Shown in pieces: positions 40,821 through 50,638 of a stretch of DNA of 64,000 nt. The stretch's first letter is position 1; the number at the start of each line of letters is the position of its first letter. Both the position numbers and the translations under genes were made by a program. Origin of the DNA: an uncultured delta proteobacterium (lineage in GTDB: Bacteria > Desulfobacterota > Syntrophorhabdia > Syntrophorhabdales > WCHB1-27); contig CAWEPK010000007.1 of NCBI GenBank assembly GCA_963810935.1, positions 256,001 through 320,000 of the forward strand. The letters are read 5' to 3'. The notes under the pieces were generated by a model. That model worked only from the letters and a program-made list of their open reading frames with translations, did no database searches and was not told the origin of the DNA.

Positions 40821-42114
40821 GATCATGATAGGCGTCATTGGCCTCGTATGCCTGCTTTTTCTCTTCGTTACCGGGATTGAGATAGGTTTTGCGATGGCGG
40901 TTGTCGGCTTCGCGGGCTTTGCCATCCTGAACGATTTCCATTCGGCCATGAACCTTCTCGGGCGCGACTTCTACGAGGTCATAACCAACTACGGCTACTC
41001 GGTGTTCCCCCTTTTCATCCTGATGGGTCAAGTGGGTTTCAGCGCGGGCATAGCCGTCAGGTTGTACAACGCGGCCAACAAGTTCATGGGGCACATTCCC
41101 GGCGGTCTGGCCATGGCCACGGTAGGAGGCGCTGTCGGCTTCAAGGCGATATGCGGCTCTACGGCGGCGACGGCAGCCACCTTTTCGAGCATCGCCATTC
41201 CTGAGATGGACCGTTACGGTTACAGCAAAACGCTTTCAACGGGCGTTGTTGCGAGCGCCGGCAGCTTGGGGTGCATCATACCACCGAGTGTGACTATCAT
41301 AGTAATCGGCTTCCTGACGGAGCAGTCGATAGGCCAACTCTTTCTCGCGGGCATCATACCCGGACTGCTCATGGCGGTCTTCTTCATCGGCGTCATCTAT
41401 GGATGGGCCCGGATCGATCCGTCAGTCGCCCCGAGGGGGATGCGGTCGTCCTGGAACGAGAGGCTGCACTCGCTGCCCGACATATTCTGGGTCTTCGTGG
41501 TTTTCCTGGTGGTCGTCGGCGGTATCATGCAGGGCTTCTTCACACCTACCGAAGCGGGCGCTGTCGGTACCTTCGCGGTCGTCCTTCTCACTTTGATAAA
41601 ACGGGACCTTAATTTCAAGAAATACGGAGAGGCCATGTTTCAGGCACTCCGCACCGCGGGCATGTTCCTCATGATCCTGGCCGGCTCGACGATATTCGGC
41701 CACTTCATAGCCGTGTCGGGCATCCCGCAACAAGCCGGAGATTGGATCTGCTCCCTGCCGTTGAACAGGTACGCGATCATGGTGCTTATCTGCCTGGTAT
41801 ACGAGCTGGGCGGCTCGTTCATAGACGATCTGGCGTTTACAATCCTGGCCACCCCTATCTTCTACCCGACCGTGCTGAAGCTGGGCTTCAACCCGCTGTG
41901 GTTCGGGATACTGATCACCGTAGTCATCACCATCGGCGTCGTCATCCCGCCCATCGCCGCGTGTGTTTTTGTAGTGCGGAACATTACCAAGGTACCCATA
42001 TGGCAGATATACAGGGGCATTACGCCGTTCCTGATATCCCTCGTGCTCGTCTGGGTGCTGATGTTCATTTTCCCGCAGATGGCGCTCTGGCTGCCGTCTG
42101 TCTTCTACAAGTAA
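40813..42114 (+). CDS. TRAP transporter large permease (DctM)
   Basis: IIPPS, SIGQLFLAGIIPG, FTPTEAGA. Confidence 0.93.
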   Translation: MNEIMIGVIGLVCLLFLFVTGIEIGFAMAVVGFAGFAILNDFHSAMNLLGRDFYEVITNYGYSVFPLFILMGQVGFSAGIAVRLYNAANKFMGHIPGGLAMATVGGAVGFKAICGSTAATAATFSSIAIPEMDRYGYSKTLSTGVVASAGSLGCIIPPSVTIIVIGFLTEQSIGQLFLAGIIPGLLMAVFFIGVIYGWARIDPSVAPRGMRSSWNERLHSLPDIFWVFVVFLVVVGGIMQGFFTPTEAGAVGTFAVVLLTLIKRDLNFKKYGEAMFQALRTAGMFLMILAGSTIFGHFIAVSGIPQQAGDWICSLPLNRYAIMVLICLVYELGGSFIDDLAFTILATPIFYPTVLKLGFNPLWFGILITVVITIGVVIPPIAACVFVVRNITKVPIWQIYRGITPFLISLVLVWVLMFIFPQMALWLPSVFYK

Positions 42115-42168
42115 GGGGGTATGGTGATGGTGCAATCACCTGATTATAAAAAAGGGAGGTATGGGGCT

Positions 42169-43231
42169 ATGGCAAGAAGGTCTTTGATTTTTGTGTTTGT
42201 CGTTTCTCTTGTTTTCCTTACCGGTTCTCTCGCGAGGGGTGAGGTCATAAAGCTCAAGTTCTCGAACTTCTTCCCGGCCACGCACAAGAGCGGCACCGTG
42301 TTCGAGGCCTTCTGCAAGGACATAAGTAAAAAGACGAACGGCAGGGTGGAGATGGCCTATTTTGTTGGAGGCTCGCTCCTGACCCCCACGAAGACGGCCG
42401 CCGGAGTGAGCACCGGCATCGCGGACATCGGCCTGTCGCACTGTTCCTATACCCGCGGGCGCTTTCCCGTCATGGAAGCTATGGAATTGCCCCTGGGGTT
42501 CCCGAGCAGTTGGGTCGCGAGTCACGTTGCCAACGATTATTACAACAAAGTGAAGCCGAAGGAATGGGACGACTATTATCCCCTGATCTTCAGCACCGGT
42601 CCCTTCCAACGTGCTTTACACCCTTAATAAGCCTGTGAGGACACTCGAAGACGTTAAGGGAATGAAGATCAGGGCCACGGGAAGGATAGCGGATATCGTG
42701 AAGGCCCTCGGCGCGAGCCCCATTCCAATGGATATAGGCGACGTGTATGAGGCGTTCAGGCGGGGTGTCCTCGACGGGGCTATCGGCGGTTTGGACCAGA
42801 TGACGGGGTTCAAATTCGGCGAATTGCTGAAGTACACCACCGAGTCGTGGAAAGTAGGTAGCGTCTATACGTTTTATGTCGTGATGAATAAGCAGAAATG
42901 GCAAAAGCTTCCGCCCGATATCAAGAAAATCTTCATGGAGACGGCCGATGAGTATAAAGAGAAATGGGCACTCGCATGGAACGAGGCGGACATAGAAGGC
43001 AGGGACTTCCAGAAAAGCAAGGGGGGACAATTCATACCGATGAGCGACCAGGAAGCGGCCAGGTGGCAAAAAGTCACCCAGCCTGTCATTTCCGCGTATA
43101 AACGCAGTCTTATGTCCAAGGGCTATAAGGAAAATGAGATTGACGGCTGGATAAGCTTCATCAAGGAGCGGATCGAATACTGGAAGGGGCAGGAGAAGCT
43201 CAGGAACATACCGACTGCCTACAAGTATTAA
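42169..43231 (+). CDS. TRAP substrate-binding protein (DctP), single frameshift near 42603
   Basis: GRFPVME then KPVRTLEDVKGMKIR in another frame; removing one base from GGTCCCTTCC restores GPSNVLYT. Confidence 0.85.
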
Positions 43232-43535
43232 TCCGCAGGTGAGGCAAAAGAGAAAGAGGCGTGAAGGGAACGGCGGGGGCTTAAGCGTACCTGAGCCCCT
43301 GTCGCCCCACTGAAGCGCGACGTTGAAGACTCAATGGCGCCGGCGGCTCAGGGTGCTTGGATGTAACGAATAGTGGCGGGCATACGGGTTTGCCCCGTCA
43401 TCGCAAGGAATAAAAGGAATAAATTGACAGACGCCGGGCATATGCAAGATAATGGGGCAGACCTTACGTCAGGACCAGGGTAAAAAGGGCGAAACGCCCT
43501 TTATATCCCCGCACTTTGTCGGGCAGGAGGGGCCG

Positions 43536-44498
43536 ATGATCATCGATTTCCACATCCATTACGCACCGGAGAAACTGGTTAAAAGCAAGCTGGGGGACGC
43601 GCCGTTCAAGCTCATGTACAGCAACGGTATACCGTCTTATTCCTATCACCCGCGCCTCTATCAACTGGAAAAACACGTCGAGGCCATGGAGACGGCCGGG
43701 GTGGACCGGGCATACATTTCGAGCGCGCCCGGCATAGAGGGCGGCAACCTGGAGATAGCCAGGATGATCAACGACGATCTGGCAGCCTGGGAGAAACGCT
43801 ACCCCGGTAAGATCAAGGGCCTGGCCCATGTCCCGCCGCTTGGCGGTCCTGCGGCCTTCGACGAGCTGAAAAGGGCGGTAGGCGACCTTGGCTATGCGGG
43901 GGCGGCGATGGCCTCGATAGTGGAAGGCCGGGAACTCGATTCGGAGGAGCTTTTCCCCTTCTATGAACTGGTCGAGAAGCTGGGTGTTTTCCTGTTCATC
44001 CATCCGTGCCTGGCGGTGCCGGCGGTCGGCAGCTTCGAAGACTTCGACCTCGCGCGCGCAGTCGGCCGGGAGTTCAATCTCGTCATGGGGACCATACGGC
44101 TGATTAACGGCGGAGTGCTCGACCGCTTCCCCGGCCTGAAGGTGGTCATGTCCCACCTGGGAGGAGGCATAGCAGCGCTCCTCGGGCGCGTGAGGAACTA
44201 CCAGAACAGAGAATTTTGGGGCACGGCGGGCGACCCGAGGCACGGAAAGAATGCCCCCAAGCCGTTCGATTATTACCTGGAGAAGATATACTTCGATACG
44301 GGCGGTTTCTTCGGCCACATGAACGCGGTCAACGCAGCCCTGCTGGAGCTGAAGCCGTCCCAGCTCGTTTTCGGTACGGACTATCCCCAGGAAATCAGGT
44401 CGGCCGAGCTGATGAAGCGCTTCGTGGACGATCTGAAGGGGATGGGAGGCGTGGGGGAAGCCATCTTAAGCGGCACGGCCAAGTCGCTGGTCGGGTAG
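43536..44498 (+). CDS. Amidohydrolase_2-family protein (ACMSD/decarboxylase-like)
   Basis: IDFHIH, FIHP, SHLGG, FGTDYP. Confidence 0.9.
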   Translation: MIIDFHIHYAPEKLVKSKLGDAPFKLMYSNGIPSYSYHPRLYQLEKHVEAMETAGVDRAYISSAPGIEGGNLEIARMINDDLAAWEKRYPGKIKGLAHVPPLGGPAAFDELKRAVGDLGYAGAAMASIVEGRELDSEELFPFYELVEKLGVFLFIHPCLAVPAVGSFEDFDLARAVGREFNLVMGTIRLINGGVLDRFPGLKVVMSHLGGGIAALLGRVRNYQNREFWGTAGDPRHGKNAPKPFDYYLEKIYFDTGGFFGHMNAVNAALLELKPSQLVFGTDYPQEIRSAELMKRFVDDLKGMGGVGEAILSGTAKSLVG

Positions 44499-44523
44499 AT
44501 AGGGAAGAGAGAAGATCGCATAC

Positions 44524-44560
44524 AAAAGGGCAGGGACAGCAGACGGTCCCTGCCCTTTTT
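44524..44560. terminator. Bidirectional terminator
   Basis: AAAAGGGCAGGGAC...GTCCCTGCCCTTTTT between convergent genes. Confidence 0.9.
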
Positions 44561-44563
44561 CTA

Positions 44564-46138
44564 TTATTTGAAGATCCCCTTAAGGCTCTTCCCGATGCCC
44601 TTCATGACGCTGCCCCCCTGCTTGACTACGCTCTCGCCCGTCCCTACGACGTTAAGACCGAGCTTCCGGCCGATCGCAACCGCGAACTTCCGCACAAGGT
44701 CCTCGCTCAGGTCGAACTTCGGATCGTCAAGGCGTCCTTCGACGACGAAATCGAGGGGTATTTCATTCTTGGACGACTCCAGGAGCTTGACGATGAGCGA
44801 TCTGGGTATTCCCAGAAACCGCTGCGTGGCGCCGCCCGGGGCGAATTGGAGGTTTTTTATGACCGTGTGGGTCGGCGCATGGATGTACTTATTCTTAATC
44901 GTGAGGTCCATGTCCATATCGAAGGTCCCGCCCCGCAGGTCCGCCTCGCTTTTCTGCTGCAAATAGGGTTTAACCACCATCATATCGAGGTTGCGAAGCG
45001 TCAGCTTGCCGCTCGTGTCGAAGCTGCGGATGTTTGTCCTGCCTGCGCCGCTGAGCTGTCCGGTTGACGCCTTTCCCGGTATATGGGCCGACAACTGCCA
45101 GGCGGTCCACTTGTCCGTTGCAGGGAGAGAGAACGCGTCCGTTTTCAGGGAAATGTCCGTGATCCTGATAGGGTAAGGCGGGCGGGAAATCTTGCCGTCG
45201 AGATAGAGGACCTCGCCGCCCGTCACGGCGAGGTCGTTTACCGTTATGGAAATCGGCATCTTTTCCGTCTTCTGCCCCTTCGCAGGCTTGGGGAGAGGAC
45301 TCACAATGTTGCCGGCCTTGTCTTCTTCAATCCGGATGAATGGTTGGGCGAGTGTCACGCCGGAAAGAACAATGCTTTGTGCGCCCTGGCCCCGGCCTTT
45401 TGAAGAAGCGACAAAATGGAGTGCTGCGGTCTTGACCGCCGGCCCCCGGCTGTCCGCGAATGCCTCAAGGTTTGCCACGTCCACCGTAAGCTGCCCCGCA
45501 AGGCTTTCGGGGTTGATGTTCCCACTGCACGTCACGGTCCCGGAGGCCGTCTTGCTTTTCACATTCATTTTGAGCGAAATCTTTGAGGACGAATCGGTAA
45601 GGGGGAAGGAGAGATTGTCGAGCGTGGCCTCGACTCCGGTCAGCTCGATCGGTCCCGTACTTTTGAGCTGTTCGTCGTCGATCGTGACTGTGCCGTTGGA
45701 AACGGCCACGTGGTGCAGGTCGATGGGGCGCGACGTAGGCGGCGCCCCTTTCTTTTCAGCCTCATTCGGACCACCGCCCATAGGGTTGACTACATTTCCG
45801 GCGGCATCGATTCGAAGGACGATGACCGGCTGGTCGATAGTGAGGTCGGAGATTGCGTAGCGGCTGCCGATAAGGGTAAGGAAGCTGGCCCTTACCTGTA
45901 CCCTTCTGGAGCGGAAGTAGCTTTGCCCGTCTTTCAAAAGGTCGACGCCGTAGACGTCGACCTTGTTCCAGCCGAGGGAGATACTCTCTATTTTGCCCCT
46001 CTCCCCGAGGGTTTTCTCGATCTCGGCCTTGATGAGCCTGTTCGAGAAATAGAGAAGCAAAGCAAAAACCGCGACAAGAAGGACCAGGACAACTGCAAAG
46101 ACGATAACGATCTTTTTCTTAAGGAAGCCTGCTCTCAT
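44564..46138 (-). CDS. DUF748/AsmA-like protein
   Basis: N-terminal TM, repeated beta-rich units, C-terminal LDFVVEGRLDDPKF. Confidence 0.75.
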   Translation of the reverse strand: MRAGFLKKKIVIVFAVVLVLLVAVFALLLYFSNRLIKAEIEKTLGERGKIESISLGWNKVDVYGVDLLKDGQSYFRSRRVQVRASFLTLIGSRYAISDLTIDQPVIVLRIDAAGNVVNPMGGGPNEAEKKGAPPTSRPIDLHHVAVSNGTVTIDDEQLKSTGPIELTGVEATLDNLSFPLTDSSSKISLKMNVKSKTASGTVTCSGNINPESLAGQLTVDVANLEAFADSRGPAVKTAALHFVASSKGRGQGAQSIVLSGVTLAQPFIRIEEDKAGNIVSPLPKPAKGQKTEKMPISITVNDLAVTGGEVLYLDGKISRPPYPIRITDISLKTDAFSLPATDKWTAWQLSAHIPGKASTGQLSGAGRTNIRSFDTSGKLTLRNLDMMVVKPYLQQKSEADLRGGTFDMDMDLTIKNKYIHAPTHTVIKNLQFAPGGATQRFLGIPRSLIVKLLESSKNEIPLDFVVEGRLDDPKFDLSEDLVRKFAVAIGRKLGLNVVGTGESVVKQGGSVMKGIGKSLKGIFK

Positions 46139-47237
46139 GTGGCCTCACGATCCCCTCGGCAGGGGGTGAAGTGCCGACGTCCGATGGGCCGCCCGTTACG
46201 TATAGTCCCTCTCCCCCGGACTCTTTGAGAATGGCAATGAGCGAGATGTAGAGCGCCATGATGAGAGGTCCGACAATAACGCCTATAAGGCCGAACGCCT
46301 CGATCCCTCCGAGCACGGAAAGGAAGGTGAGAAGGAAGGACATCCTTGCCCGGCCCCTTAAGAAGAGGGGACGCACCGCATGGTCTACCACGCCTATGCC
46401 AAAAATCCCGAAAGCAGCGAGAATGACGGCCTTTACTATATATCCGGTTGCGAGCAGGTAGAGACACATGGGCACCCACACGATATGGCACCCGATAAAC
46501 GGGATGAACGAAGCGATCGCGGTCGCCAGGCCCCACAAGACGGGGGAAGACATACCGACGGCAACATACCCTACAGCCCCCAATATCCCCTGCGCCAGGG
46601 CTACGGCCACGCCGCCGTAAATGGTCGAAACGACCACGTCCTTTGCCTGCTGCGAAAGGCGCTCTTTGTTCCGCTTCGAAAAAGGCAGGTAATCGAGGAT
46701 TGTCGCCACGTACGTCCTTCCGTCCTTGAAAAGAAAGAAGAGAATGAAGGCCATGATGAAGAAGGTCGCTAAGGCATGGGCCACACTTCCCAGCCCCCTG
46801 GGGACACGGCGGAGCAGCTCTTTCGAAAGATTCGAAAGGGCGCCTGCCACGTAGGCGAGCGCCTGTTGTTCATCGAGATGGAAGACGGGCAGGACCCGGT
46901 TCGCAAGGCCGTGAATGGGGGAATTCTGATATGCGGACCGTATCCCTTCCATGGTCAATCCGGCAGTTGCCAGGTCCTGTATTTCCCCGACCAGGAGATA
47001 GGACAGGTACGAAAGAGGCCCGAGAATCACTATCAAAACGACGGCGACCGTTGCCAGCGAGGCCGGGGCCTGGCGCCCGATGCGGCGGAGGATGAAATCG
47101 TATACCGGATAGAAAACGATTGCGAATACCGCTGCCCACGTGAGAGGGAGAAAGAACGGGGCGAGGACAAGGTAGGCGAGGTAGCTTAAGAATGCGACCA
47201 AAACGATAAGAATCCCGATGCCGAACCTGTGAGTCAT
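46119..47237 (-). CDS. AI-2E family transporter
   Basis: FFLFKDG, SFIPFIG, DHAVRP, GGIEAFGLIGVIVGP. Confidence 0.9.
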   Translation of the reverse strand: MTHRFGIGILIVLVAFLSYLAYLVLAPFFLPLTWAAVFAIVFYPVYDFILRRIGRQAPASLATVAVVLIVILGPLSYLSYLLVGEIQDLATAGLTMEGIRSAYQNSPIHGLANRVLPVFHLDEQQALAYVAGALSNLSKELLRRVPRGLGSVAHALATFFIMAFILFFLFKDGRTYVATILDYLPFSKRNKERLSQQAKDVVVSTIYGGVAVALAQGILGAVGYVAVGMSSPVLWGLATAIASFIPFIGCHIVWVPMCLYLLATGYIVKAVILAAFGIFGIGVVDHAVRPLFLRGRARMSFLLTFLSVLGGIEAFGLIGVIVGPLIMALYISLIAILKESGGEGLYVTGGPSDVGTSPPAEGIVRPHESRLP

Positions 47238-47400
47238 AAGGCAGCCATAGACCGATATCCGGCGTGACGATAAGGTATTTTAAAATAGGTTTCCCGCCGC
47301 CGTCTGTCAATGAAATGCCCGCCCGTCTCTATCGGCAGTTTTTTTTGTTTGAGAGCAAGGGGGCGGGGCGGGCGGCGGGGATCCAGACGCGGCTGAAGTA

Positions 47401-47760
47401 AAAAAGCTAAAAAGCAACTGCGGAGTAATGCGGGCGGCCGGACTCGCGCCTGCTGCGGACCACCCGCATGCACGGTGCCACCTTTTCAGCACGCGTTTTA
47501 CCGTGCGGGCACCCGGCAAACCTACATTGAACTGATAGGACGTAGGCGGCGAAATACTCGCCCTGCGCCCTCCGACGTTTACCACCCCCATGCATCGTGG
47601 CACCTTTTCAACAGGCTTGGAACGTGGGGGTACCCGGCAAACCTAGTTTCAACTGATATGGGTTGGCCTCCGGCCGCGACCGCCGCTGAGGGAGCAGCTG
47701 CGTTGCGTATTTGTTTGGCGGCGGTAAGAGCGGGTTGAACTATGGCGATAGTTGGGATAC
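47401..47760 (+). repeat. Composite repeat element (A-rich end, module A, partial A, module B)
   Basis: Module A 47441-47578, degenerate A 47581-47660, module B 47667-47760; inverted counterpart at 50243-50623. Confidence 0.85.
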
Positions 47761-47854
47761 TGAGACGTAAATACGATGAGGCGATAGTTACGATACTATA
47801 CCGTTCCCCACAAATCATTCAAGGCTAAGCTAAGTCCCGCCGACCTATTTTCCT

Positions 47855-48021
47855 CCGTCATGCCTGCCTCTTTTTCTCCGTCATACCGGCGAAAGCCGGT
47901 ATCCAGCGATTCCGGGGCCTGGGACGACCTAGACCCTGGCTTCTGCCAGGGTGACGGAGAAAAGGAGAAGACGTATCTTCTGTCTCCCTCGCCCCTTTGG
48001 GGAGAGGGCGGGGTGAGGGGT
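47855..48021. repeat. REP cluster (CGTC-type pair plus CCCTC-type palindrome)
   Basis: CCGTCATACCGGCGAAAGCCGGTATCCAG...GGGTGACGG; CTCCCTCGCCCCTTTGGGGAGAGGGCGGGGTGAGGGG. Confidence 0.85.
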
Positions 48022-48194
48022 GCCTTGGCGGGAGACAACGAATTTGTGATGAAGCCTCTGACTTGATGAAAGACCTGCCTATGTACCGTGACGGCACGGC
48101 AGAGAAGATCAGTGGGTGACCCCATGAGAACTCACGCGGTTCGCGCAGCACCTTGAGCACCTTGTGCCGGAAATTATTTGCCAATAGTTTTATA

Positions 48195-48223
48195 TTGACA
48201 TTTAAGACGACTGGTCATATTAT
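48195..48223 (+). promoter_or_regulatory. tetR promoter with operator in the spacer
   Basis: TTGACA-N17-TATTAT containing AAGACGACTGGTCATATT; second site AAGATGACTGGTCATATT at 48851-48868. Confidence 0.8.
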
Positions 48224-48231
48224 AGATTGAC

Positions 48232-48804
48232 ATGACAAGACCAAATGTGCGAGAACAACTTTTAGAAGCCGCCCTCGACCAACTCCATGGGGCTGGCTTC
48301 AATGGCAGTAGTGTTGAAGATATCACAAGATCAGCTGGCGTCCCAAAGGGCTCTTTTTATAATCATTTTAAAAGCAAGGAAGACCTCGCCATCGTAGTCA
48401 TTGACCGTTACGTCGCGTCTGGTCCGCAGGGGCGTCTTTTAAAAAAGAAAATTGCTCCTGTAAAAAGACTAAAGCAGTATTTTTCTTTGCTGGCTGAAGA
48501 GTTTGCAGAGTCTGGATACAAAAAAGGTTGCTTAATTGGTAATTTCTCAAGTGAACTTTCTGATCACAGCACACTCGTTCAATCGAAAGTAAAAAACGTT
48601 TTTTCTAATTGGATAGCTTTACTAAGTGGAGTGATTAAAGAAGCCCAAGATCAAGGAGATATTGAATCAAAGCAAAAAGCAGACGCACTTGCGGGCTTTT
48701 TAATCAGCGCATGGGAGGGAACGCTCCTTCGCGCGCGTGCAGAGCACGATCCAGCAATATTAAAGGAATTTGAACACATTGCGTTTCATCAATTATTGAA
48801 GTGA
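48232..48804 (+). CDS. TetR-family regulator (NemR-like)
   Basis: AGVPKGSFYNHFKSKEDL, GCLIGN, WEGTLLR; low GC. Confidence 0.93.
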   Translation: MTRPNVREQLLEAALDQLHGAGFNGSSVEDITRSAGVPKGSFYNHFKSKEDLAIVVIDRYVASGPQGRLLKKKIAPVKRLKQYFSLLAEEFAESGYKKGCLIGNFSSELSDHSTLVQSKVKNVFSNWIALLSGVIKEAQDQGDIESKQKADALAGFLISAWEGTLLRARAEHDPAILKEFEHIAFHQLLK

Positions 48805-48937
48805 TAGAATCAAAGAGCGAGAGAGTCTCGCTCTTTTTTGGCCAAGGATAAAGATGACTGGTCATATTGATAGGAATAGTAAATGAATAATGTCCGTTTA
48901 ATGATAGTGGCCGGAATAACAGGAAACCCTTCAATGC

Positions 48938-49037
48938 ACTTAAAAGTGGGCATTTTACATGGGAAGATAATGCAGACGATTATGCCCGTATTGTTAGCTA
49001 TTGGGTTAGCGGTGGTTGTCAAAACCCGCACAGGTGA
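48938..49037 (+). pseudogene. Orphan copy of the last 100 bp of the downstream hydrolase gene
   Basis: Near-identical to 49954-50053, including the TGA stop. Confidence 0.9.
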
Positions 49038-49093
49038 CTTTTTAGAGAGAGTTCAAAATTCTAACCATCCTCAGGGTGAAAGGATGGAAATGA

Positions 49094-50053
49094 ATGATAA
49101 TCAATAAAAATAAGAAGATATTGCTATCTATATCATTTCTCATCGGCATTATTGTTATAATTTTGTGGTGTATTAACTTACGTTCTGTTGAGCCTAAAAT
49201 GACGTACCAATCCCAAACACAAAACCCCATACAGCCACAGTTTCGTGATATTGATGGCATGCGTATCCGCTATGCGCGAGGTGGACAACCAACTGGCGAA
49301 CAAGTGGTACTCCTCAGTCCGTGGCCAGAAAGTATTTATGCCTTTTTACCTATATGGGGAGATTTAGCGAAGAAATTCTCTTTGCTTGCCATTGATCTGC
49401 CAGGCTTTGGTATGTCAGAGAGCAGCCCCGAGGTACTTGCCCCCGAACCAATGGGCGATTTTATCGTCAAAACTATTAAAGCCTTTGGCTTAGAGCGACC
49501 TCATGTGGTAGGACCTGATGTCGGCACCTCTGCATTACTTTTTGCAGCAGCTAATCATCCCAATGCGTTTTCGAGTATTGTTATTGGCAGTGGTGGCGTT
49601 GCCTATCCTCTCGATATCACTGGGGCATTAAATTTGATGGTTAAGTCTCCTGTTGCTGCGCCCTTCCGCCTATTAAGTCCGAAGTTGTTTGTGAATAGGG
49701 CGCTATCCGGTCTTAAAACATACAAAGTCCCTGACTTTGTCCGACAAGATTACTTCCAATCATACGCAGGAAATAGACTTGTCAAGTCTATCGCTTTTGT
49801 GCGTGCCTATCCAAAGGCTCTTCCAGTCCTTAAAGAAAAGCTCTCTACAATTAAAATCCCCGTTCAAATTATTTGGGGAGAGAGTGACCAGTTCGTGCCA
49901 CTCTCAAACGCTCATTATCTCGGCAAGAATCTCCCTAATGCACGCCTTGATCTACTCAAAAGCGGGCATTTTGCATGGGAAGATAATGCAGACGATTATG
50001 CCCGTATTGTTATCAATTGGGTTAGCGGTGGTTGTCAAAACCCCCACAGGTGA
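49094..50053 (+). CDS. Alpha/beta hydrolase with N-terminal TM (epoxide hydrolase/dehalogenase-like)
   Basis: DLPGFG, GPDVG nucleophile elbow, WGESD, GHF; low GC. Confidence 0.9.
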   Translation: MIINKNKKILLSISFLIGIIVIILWCINLRSVEPKMTYQSQTQNPIQPQFRDIDGMRIRYARGGQPTGEQVVLLSPWPESIYAFLPIWGDLAKKFSLLAIDLPGFGMSESSPEVLAPEPMGDFIVKTIKAFGLERPHVVGPDVGTSALLFAAANHPNAFSSIVIGSGGVAYPLDITGALNLMVKSPVAAPFRLLSPKLFVNRALSGLKTYKVPDFVRQDYFQSYAGNRLVKSIAFVRAYPKALPVLKEKLSTIKIPVQIIWGESDQFVPLSNAHYLGKNLPNARLDLLKSGHFAWEDNADDYARIVINWVSGGCQNPHR

Positions 50054-50242
50054 GAATTTCAGAACGTATCACAACATTGCAGGAATTGTAACCTAGCAAA
50101 ATCACCGGTCCTGCATCTCCTGGACGGATTATCCTCATGCGTCCTTTCTGGCGGTATTCCTTATGGTGTTCGAAGAAACGGAAATTAAGGAGTAGGTAGG
50201 TGTAAGCACGGTCATAAAGACCCTCTGAGAATTGATGTCCTG

Positions 50243-50623
50243 TTATCCCACCCATCAATACAGTACCACCCGCTCTTACCGCCGCCCAATAATGCGCAGC
50301 GTAGCTGCTCCGTTAGCGGCGGTCGGGGCCGGAGGAGCGCCGCTATTACTGGGGCTCGCGTCGCCCCCTCCACGAGCAAAGCTCGTGGAGCCACCCCCTC
50401 ATAAAAAGGAAGAGGCACTGCGGCACGGTTTGTGACGATTACACTGGTATGTCGTAGGGCGCAAGGAGCGCATTTCGCCGCATCCTTCATATCAGTTAGA
50501 AGTAGGTTTTGCCGGGTGGCCGCACGGTAGAACGTCTGCTGAAACGGCGCAAGCGTGCACGCGGGTGGTCCGCAGCAGGCGCGAGTCCAGCCGCACAAAG
50601 CACTGGTTTTGCTTTTCTTGCTT
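50243..50623 (-). repeat. Composite repeat element, inverted copy (modules A, C, B)
   Basis: Reverse complement gives AAAGCAAGAAAAGCAA, module A, then CCTCCGGCCCCGACCGCCGCT...GTAAGAGCGGGT as at 47667. Confidence 0.85.
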
Positions 50624-50638
50624 TAATCCTTCGCGCGA

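Noticed and set aside
42595..42627. Programmed frameshift in dctP
   Set aside because: No slippery heptamer or stimulator, and similar indels occur throughout the window
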